DNA from: an uncultured Verrucomicrobiae bacterium
GTDB lineage: Bacteria; Verrucomicrobiota; Verrucomicrobiia; Chthoniobacterales; UBA10450
Length of the DNA stretch: 64,000 nt
Direction: 5' to 3'
Assembly (NCBI GenBank): GCA_963720895.1
Contig: CAVRGZ010000006.1
Coordinates: 8,328 to 72,327, forward strand
Shown: positions 61,603 to 64,000 of the stretch, one piece after another
Layout of the letters: each line of letters starts with the position of its first letter
How positions within the stretch are numbered: the first letter of the stretch is position 1
Made by a program: the position numbers and the translations under genes
The notes under the pieces: generated by a model
What the model was told of the DNA's origin: nothing
Database searches by the model: none
What the model saw: the letters and a program-made list of their open reading frames with translations, nothing else

Positions 61603-62706
61603 ATGAACTACTACTCCGTTGCCAACTTAAGCTTCGCCAACAATCTGCCCGATCCCGACACCTCCGGGAAGGAACTGCCAACATTCAAGTTCGCCCTCGA
61701 GAAGTCGCTGGGAAAGGTGATTGGAAAGAGCTCAGGAAAAGAAGCCACCGTTAGTCAATTGCCGATCTCGAAAGGACTGGCCGGAGTTTCCATGCGGATC
61801 GAACCCGGCGTTATGCGAGAGCTTCATTGGCACGCCACAGCCGCAGAGTGGGCCTACGTCCTGGAGGGAAGAGTTCGGACGACTGTGATCGATGCCGACG
61901 GTGGTGCGGAAGTGGACGATTTCGAGGCGGGAGACGTCTGGTACTTCCCAGAGGTCATGCGCACATGATCGAGTGCCTGGGCGACGTCCCCTGTCATTTT
62001 ATCCTTATTTTCGACAACGGCTATTTCTCCGAATTCGGGACGTTTAGCATCACCGATTGGCTCGGCCATGTTCCGACGGCCTTGCTTGCGAAGAATCTCG
62101 GTGTGTCTGAGGAAATGTTGATCGGCCTGCCGAAGGGCGAAGCGTATTTTTCGGCGGGTGAAAAACCTCCGATTAAAATTCCGAAGACCCGGCAGGCAAT
62201 GCCCAAGTTAGCGGCGCTCAGCCACAAGTATCGTTTATCGTCGCAGGAACCGCATTCCGTGCATAAAGGGGGGCGGGAATGGCGGGTGGATTCCTCGAAT
62301 TTCCCAATTTCGCAAACGATGGCCGGGGATTGTTATCGAACTTGAACCCGGAGCCTTGCGCGAACTGCACTGGCACCCCACCTCTTCTGAGTGGCAATAC
62401 GTTATTTCCGGGAGCGTCAGCGTGACCATGTTCGGGTCTCAAGGCCGTTTTCGGATCGAGGTTCTTGAATCCGGCGACGTCGGATACATTCCGCAAGGCT
62501 ATGGCCACTCGATCGAAAATATCGGCGATGCTCCGTGCAAGGTGCTCCTCGGCTTCAACACCGGCATCTATGCAGCGATCAATCTTTCGAGCTGGCTGGC
62601 CGCCAATCCCGAGGATGTGCTTTCCACCAACCTGGGAAAGCCCGGGGATTTCGTGGCTCGCCTGCCGCGGAACCTGGTATTCATCGCCGATCGCGACGGG
62701 CACTAG
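61603..62706 (+). pseudogene. Bicupin, oxalate decarboxylase/oxidase-like, 2 frameshifts as assembled
   Basis: The two cupin cores are RELHWHATAAEWAYVLEGRVRTTV...GDVWYFP | RGHAHMIE and RELHWHPTSSEWQYVISGSVSVTM...GDVGYIPQGYGHSIEN. The three ORFs 61603..61968, 61827..62345 and 62356..62706 are colinear. Confidence 0.75.
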
Positions 62707-62714
62707 TCTACGAG

Positions 62715-62784
62715 TGGCGGAGCGGGATTTGAACCCGCGTCCCGCAGTCGCGGGATTATGAGCGGGGCGTTGATCAGTCGATCC
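62715..62784 (-). other. tRNA-like 3' fragment (T-arm plus acceptor 3' strand), not a foldable tRNA as assembled
   Basis: The minus strand reads ...GCTCATAATCCCGCGACTGCGGGACGCGGGTTCAAATCCCGCTCCGCCA. It shares GCTCATAA and an 18-nt CGCGGGTTCAAATCCCGC block with the adjacent tRNA-fMet. It has no matching 5' acceptor strand or anticodon stem. Confidence 0.3.
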
Positions 62785-62792
62785 AAAAAAAT

Positions 62793-62869
62793 TGGTTGCG
62801 GGGGCGGGATTTGAACCCGCGGCCTTCAGGTTATGAGCCTGACGAGCTACCAGACTGCTCCACCCCGCG
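62793..62869 (-). tRNA. Initiator tRNA-fMet (anticodon CAT), CCA encoded
   Basis: The minus strand reads CGCGGGGTGGAGCAGTCTGGTAGCTCGTCAGGCTCATAACCTGAAGGCCGCGGGTTCAAATCCCGCCCCCGCAACCA. It folds as a 77-nt cloverleaf with a C1:A72 mismatch and a CTCATAA loop. It is near-identical in its first ~30 nt to E. coli tRNA-fMet. Confidence 0.88.
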
Positions 62870-63035
62870 ATCTTGAGAGGCCAATTATCACCGCGTTCGC
62901 AACGAACGCAATGGGAATTCGCGCCGCCGACATGATGCGCAACAAGACGGCGCAATCGTCCCCGCTGAAAAGTTGGACGATCTGTTTCGCGACGTTGAGC
63001 GTCTCCTTTGAACGGGTCGAGCCGGCGGAAGGCCG

Positions 63036-64000
63036 CTACATCGTTTCGATGTAGGCCGACTCCCCGTGGATCGCTTCGTCGAGGCCAAGTTCTTCGTGCG
63101 CATCTTCCACCCGCACGGGAGTGATCCGATTGATGAGCGACAACATTCCCAGGGTAAAGACAAACGCCCAAACAGACGAAAACAGTCCGGCGGCGAGCTG
63201 CTTTACGAAAAAAGCTCGAATCACCCGCGAGCAATCCATTTACGCCGCCACTTGGCCGCCGGATTCCACGCCGTCGAGGCGAAGACACCGAGCAACACGA
63301 TTCCGAGGAAACCGCCGACACCGTGCACTCCCCAGACATCGAGAGCATCGTCCCACTGAAGTTTGTTCTTCAGCGCGCATGCATAATAACAAACGATTCC
63401 CGCCGCGAGCCCGATGATGGCCGCCGTCGCCGGCGAAACATAACCCGCCGCGGGTGTGATCGTGGCAAGACCCGCGACCGCGCCGGTGAGCAAACCGAGG
63501 AACTTCGGTTTCTTCGAAACTCGCCAGTCGACCAGGAGCCACGCGATCGCGGCGAACGATGCGGCAATGTCGGTATTGATGAAGGCGACCGCCGTGATCG
63601 AATCCACGCGAAATTCAGAGCCGGCATTGAAACCGTACCAACCAAACCAGAGCAAGCCCGTGCCGAGCGCGACGAGCGGAATGCTATGCGGACCGCGATC
63701 CACCACCTTGCGCTTGCCGACGAAGAGAATGGAAGCGAGCGCAGCGATGCCCGCGATGTTGTGGACGACGATCCCGCCGGCAAAATCCTTTACTCCCCAC
63801 TCCGCCAGGATGCCGCCACCCCAGACCATGTGGACGAACGGAAAATAAACCAGGACCAGCCACCCGGTCAGAAACATCATGTAGGCCTTAAAGGTGATGC
63901 GGTTGGCGAATGCGCCGGTAATCAACGCCGGCGTGATAATGGCGAACATCATTTGGTAGGCACAAAAGACGATCATCGGAATGGTGTCGTTAGGCGAAGG
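63036..64000 (-). pseudogene. amtB: Ammonium transporter (Amt family), 5' end outside the window, frameshift(s) near 63230-63250 as assembled
   Basis: ORF 63221..63976 has FAGGIVVHNIAGIAALA, LLWFGWYGFNAGS and DVWGVHGVGGFLG. The conserved C-terminus (FFVKQLAAGLFSSVWAFVFTLGMLSLINRITPVRV...) is in ORF 63036..63239. The reading frame stays open upstream of 63976 to the window edge. Confidence 0.85.

Noticed and set aside
62715-62784. The tRNA-like fragment could be tmRNA, tRNA-Sec or tRNA-Ser, given the ending ...TCCGCCA and a long variable-arm-like hairpin.
   Set aside because: There is no complementary 5' acceptor strand, no valid D-arm and no valid anticodon stem. Only about 70 nt are available between the flanking genes, and tmRNA needs about 350 nt. 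I keep it only as a tRNA-derived fragment.
1-64000. I searched for CRISPR arrays, IS elements or transposases, integrases, prophage genes and rRNA.
   Set aside because: I saw no spaced direct-repeat array, no terminal inverted repeats around a transposase-like ORF, no recombinase or phage motifs in any long ORF, and no rRNA-like stretch. The only mobile-like hints are the tandem duplication and the tRNA fragment.

Overview
This is a 64-kb window of a GC-rich bacterial chromosome (about 58-60% GC by eye). The repeat-protein families present suggest Verrucomicrobiota; that assignment is an inference. All coordinates, counts and frame reconstructions below were done by hand from the sequence and the ORF track. 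No database search was run.

Layout:
- 0-27 kb is accessory-looking. It is crowded with secreted beta-propeller or repeat proteins: Gloeo_Verruco, Kelch plus Ig, FG-GAP and VCBS, lactonase-like, YVTN, and a GDPxPxGGTF-repeat protein with a dockerin-like tail.
- This part also holds a 2.83-kb tandem duplication of a two-gene FG-GAP/VCBS unit.
- It also holds a compact biosynthetic cluster: two flavin-dependent halogenases, two divergent KAS III-like enzymes, an ACP and an LpxL-type acyltransferase.
- 27-36 kb is one giant cyclic beta-1,2-glucan-synthase-like gene (GT plus GH94).
- 36-64 kb is housekeeping: nadK, tlyA, bioA, CPBP protease, comF, accD, folC, metG, purB, an MsbA-like ABC exporter, Deg proteases, a DD-carboxypeptidase, initiator tRNA-fMet and amt.

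Three window-wide signals stand out:
1. The 8/9-mer (G)CCTAACGA occurs about 25 times where about 2 are expected. It appears in both orientations and in all reading frames, and it is nearly absent from 5.2-26.1 kb.
2. About 50 frame disruptions hit mostly housekeeping genes, including metG and purB. This suggests consensus indel errors rather than real pseudogenes, so every 'pseudogene' label here means 'disrupted as assembled'.
3. The duplicated FG-GAP unit has a mosaic identity profile.

I saw no CRISPR array, IS element, integrase or rRNA gene.
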